Assembly: GCA_000708835.1 (NCBI GenBank)
Contig: DF236954.1
Location: 62,001 to 126,000 of the forward strand
Source of the DNA: Klebsormidium nitens
Taxonomy: Eukaryota; Plantae; Klebsormidiophyceae
Direction of reading: 5' to 3'
DNA length: 64,000 nt
The position numbers and the translations under genes were made by a program. How positions within the stretch are numbered: the stretch's first letter is position 1; every line of letters begins with the position of its first letter. Of this stretch, positions 60,368 to 64,000 are shown one piece after another. The notes under the pieces were generated by a model that searched no databases, was not told the DNA's origin, and was given only the letters and a program-made list of their open reading frames with translations.

Positions 60368-63300
60368 ATGGCGAGCTCCAGGGTGCATCCCCGTTGCAGG
60401 AATGCATCGAACCCGTATCACGAGTGCGTTGAATTCTGCTTTAAGGTTATTGCTCAACAGGACGAGCAAGGGGAGGCGCCTGGTGCACCTCAACATGGAG
60501 GTATACTTATGCCTTTACCACAAGGTCTTTGTGAATGGAAATCTTCCATTGTTGTTCCTTGGTTCTGGACGTGGTTCTCTGAATCTGCTTGCATTCACTG
60601 GCGCCAAAACGTGGATGATTAGTCTTTGTAATAAGGGGTTGATTCGCATGGTGATTGTCACCTCAGTGCACGGTGTTTAGCGCACCTGTTCTCTGTATGC
60701 AGAATTGTGTGGAATTTTATAGTGAAACTGCTAAGCTTTTGGAGGATTCTCAAGCCTCTCCTTGTCTTTACAAGTGCCAGCAGCCGAGAGCAATTATTGA
60801 ATGTAAGTTCATGAGGACCAGCCACATGGCCGGAATCTACACCTTCGTTGCGTAGCCAGTCTGCCTCACTGGCAAAATGAAAGTCGTTCCAGCGCAGTAA
60901 AACAACCCACAGTAGAACCCTAATCCTGTCGCATTGTTGTCTGTGCAGGCCCCGAACCCTCAGCCAACGAGCTGCCGACTGCTTTCGGAAGGGCAGCCAA
61001 GCGGCCAAGGCCGTACATGCAAAGAGAAACTGCGCCAGAACCTGCTTCAGAGGAACCGAAGCAGAATGACAGTCAAGCAGGCCCTGGTTCGGAAGCGCCT
61101 GGCCCGGGCAGGGGAGAAGACACTGGTCCGGGGGGCAATGGGGCGAGTGGACAGGATGCCGACTTTGGGGCAAATCCTACGGAGGGCATGAACGAGCGGC
61201 AGAAGAAGCTATTTGTGTTGAAGCAGAAGATGGTGAGCCGGACGCATTTTTTGTCTGGTCTGAAAGTAGATAGAGATGCATCTTCTTACATGCTTGAATC
61301 AGAGACTCTTTGTTTCTGCGAGCTTCTTGTCGTTCTCAAGAGAGGCATTGATCTGCTAGCAGATTGACCAGGAATCTGCCTGAGGTTTATGGCAGCCTGG
61401 AATCATTCGCTTGGGCATTGCAAGTTCAAACGGGGTTTCTATCCAAAACTTTTCGACAACAAGAGTATTATCGTGGACTCGCAAACCTCTCAAGCTTTTT
61501 ACATCCTCATTTGGAGACGCTACTTCTGCATTTGTTTCCAGACATCTATACCCAAGGACTGCATTATAACAGCCCCCATCGGAAGTTATATTCAATAACT
61601 CTTCCCTCCCACGAAGAAGCAGAACTGGGTCAATCTTTTATAGCTCCAACTCTGCAGTAAACATTGTAGACTTTCCACCAGACAACCATGTTTCTGGACC
61701 ATATTTGTGGAAAAATTCCCAGAACCTGAATCGGTAGCTCCGTTTACCTGGCCAAACCGTGCCCCACGTCTGATGCAGAGGCTAGAGCTCTCCTTTATCA
61801 GCTGTCAAGGACCACGCTTAACCCTCCTTTTGACCAACTCTGCAGAACAACGCCCGCAAGCTGAACCAAACGGCGGTTGTGGCGGAGAAAAAGCGCGCGG
61901 AGGCGCCTGGGGAGAGCCGGGGTGTGTCGAAGCAAAAGTGGTACGACGAGAAGAAGAAACGGTTAGGGAAGGAACTAGAGGCGAGCGGGCTGGACATGAA
62001 GCAGGCGTATATGCTGGACACTGTGGAGGACGCAGAGGAGAAGTACAAGAAGTGGGACAAGAAAGAGACGCCGTTTGGGTGGGATGGTGCGTGTCAATCG
62101 ATGCTTTTCCTTCAGTTTGTGTCGTGTATGTGTCCGTTGTGTAGTCAGTCCTTAGCTGACCGAGTTAGCTTCTGAGCAGATGGTTTGAAGGTCGCATGAC
62201 TTTGTGGGACGAGCTTTGTACATTCTGCCTGCAAAACAAGCAGACCGTAGAAGATTGTGTTTCAACCTGTCTGGTGTAAGGGGTGGTGACTCCGCTTGTA
62301 AAAGTCCTATAATTCCTTCACGGCGTAGCTCGATTTCTCCAGCATTCTGAGTCGATGGGAGGTGCCTTAGAACCAGTAGCGGCCACTTTGCTCTCTGACG
62401 TGCAAAATCAGCAGATCGCTCGTCAACTTTGCTGAAGATGGATTACAAGTAGCTCTATGATCAGTCCAAGAGCATGATTTGTAACGAAGTAGCTGATATC
62501 GCTCAAAGGTCGATCTTCTGGACAGAGCGGCTCAAGGTAGGTGTCCTACAGTGTTCTCGTCAGAGCCTGAACGCTGGCTGTTTCGTGCAGTTTTCAACCA
62601 GAAGTCGCTGTACAACGCTTACAAGAAGCGGACAAACGACGTGCCGTACACCCAAGAGGAGTACGAGCAGGCCAAGGCGAACGACCCAAACTTCTATGCG
62701 GACGACTCCAACTTGCAGTACGGCCAGGTGGGACCGTCTTTCCGTCTTGTTTTCCTGTCTTGTTTTCGCTCTCCCACTCTGCAACAACCTGGTGCGGCAG
62801 AATTAGAAATAGGTCGTGAAGGTTCTCTTTGTCGCAATATGTTAGGTGGATGGTGGAGCGAAATTCGAATCCACAAGGTCTTACCGATTACGGACTGCCT
62901 GGTTGGCACTCGTGGTATCCTGCATCTCTTTCTGCTATTATTTCCCCCTATATTAACGGATGGTGCCCCTCTAGCCTGTCCTCTCCTTTGCTTTCGAACG
63001 CAAAAAAGACCGTTCTCTGCTTGAGAATCCTGTCTGGATCGACAAATGGAGACTCCCGTGGGGACCGGCTCTTGTTCCACTCTTGGCTGACTCTGGGGTG
63101 TCCCTCTTCATCCCAGTGCGTTTCAAGAGACTTTTTTGGGAAGTCGGCGGTTTGTACTTGTCAATCCGTTTTGGCTTCCTGCTTATCCCGTCGCTTTAAG
63201 AACCTCCAGACTTACCGTCGACTGTGACGAGCTTCTTATCTCACCTCAATTCGTCCTCGCCCCGTGCAGTCCAAGGCGGTTCCGCAGGAAAACGTCGACC

Positions 63301-63497
63301 GCATGGTGGGCGAGCTTAAGGCCCGGGAGGAGAAGCGGAAGCAGTTCAGCCGGCGTAGGAAGTTCCATGAGGACAAGGATATCGACTCCATCAACGAGCG
63401 AAACGCGCACTTCAACAGGAAAATCGAGCGCGCATTTGGGAAGTACACGGTCGAGATCAAGAACAACCTCGAGCGCGGAACAGCGCTGCCTGACTAG
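60368..63497 (+). CDS. SYF2: Pre-mRNA splicing factor SYF2 (plant type, N-terminal [14 protein letters not shown] motif)
   Basis: Exons 60368-60500, 60949-61232, 61846-62086, 62591-62727, 63270-63497. Motifs: [86 protein letters not shown]. Confidence 0.95.
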
Positions 63498-64000
63498 CCA
63501 GATGAGAGAACGGGTGTCGAGTTCCGTTGTACATACCCGAAGGTGGCAGGTAGCTGTCGCGGTCCCGTACTCCTCATTACTGATTTGTCAAGCTTCTTTA
63601 GCTACATGAAGCGCGCCTGCTGCTCAGTCGCAGTGTTTTGCCGATTTTGAGATTCGGCGTCCCTTGTCGTTCATTGTCGAGCACACTGTTTCCTCCTTAT
63701 CAGAACGCAAGTATGCTGGCTTGTTGGACTCGAACTTTATTGAGAAGCGCGCTTGTTTCCTTTTGAGTACGAGGACCGCGATTTTTGCATGCGATGGTGG
63801 TGGTCATAAGTGATAATTTGCCTGCTGGATGTACGTTTTGCACGTGAAATCCTTACCATTTGGGGTACACTTTTATTGAGTTGTGTTCTCTTCACTATGC
63901 TAATCACCATTGGCCGAGCGTCCTCCCCTTGAGCAATGGGGTGGCGTGGTATTCCGCGAGGGAGGTATTTCGCGGCACACTTCGGTGTGACTGGTGAAGA

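Noticed and set aside
60690-60760. [10 protein letters not shown] as an echo of SYF2 exon 1 ([10 protein letters not shown])
   Set aside because: Similarity too short to distinguish from chance.
1-64000. CRISPR arrays, rRNA genes, operons or prokaryotic defence systems
   Set aside because: No regularly spaced repeat-spacer array or rRNA-like sequence; the architecture is spliceosomal-intron eukaryotic throughout.

Overview
Intron-rich eukaryotic nuclear DNA with GT-AG introns and GC-rich exons. The gene content (RLK/Pelle kinase, plastid RAF2/PCD, plant-type SYF2, together with ISN1) suggests a streptophyte green alga such as Klebsormidium; this is inference, not a search result. I spliced the gene models by hand, checking exon phase. 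In order they are: VPS41 (-, runs off the window start); RAF2/PCD-like (+); a 12-exon receptor kinase whose ectodomain has two tandem SPARK-type Cys-rich domains (+); three intronless F-box paralogues; a secreted protein with four 8-Cys repeats that can end either in a GPI-like tail or, via a phase-matched splice, in an NTF2/SnoaL-like domain (-); IMP-specific 5'-nucleotidase ISN1 (+); a VOC/glyoxalase protein (+); a giant TPR-DnaJ protein (-); and SYF2 (+). The most unusual signals are: (1) the double-SPARK receptor; (2) the Cys-repeat protein with alternative C-termini; (3) recurrent degenerate copies of exon/intron junctions lying 100-200 bp away inside introns of three different genes; (4) three single-base 'lesions' in otherwise intact genes (an in-frame TAG in ISN1, a CAA instead of CAG acceptor in the RLK, an ACG instead of ATG in one F-box). 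No database searches were run; family assignments come from motif recognition.
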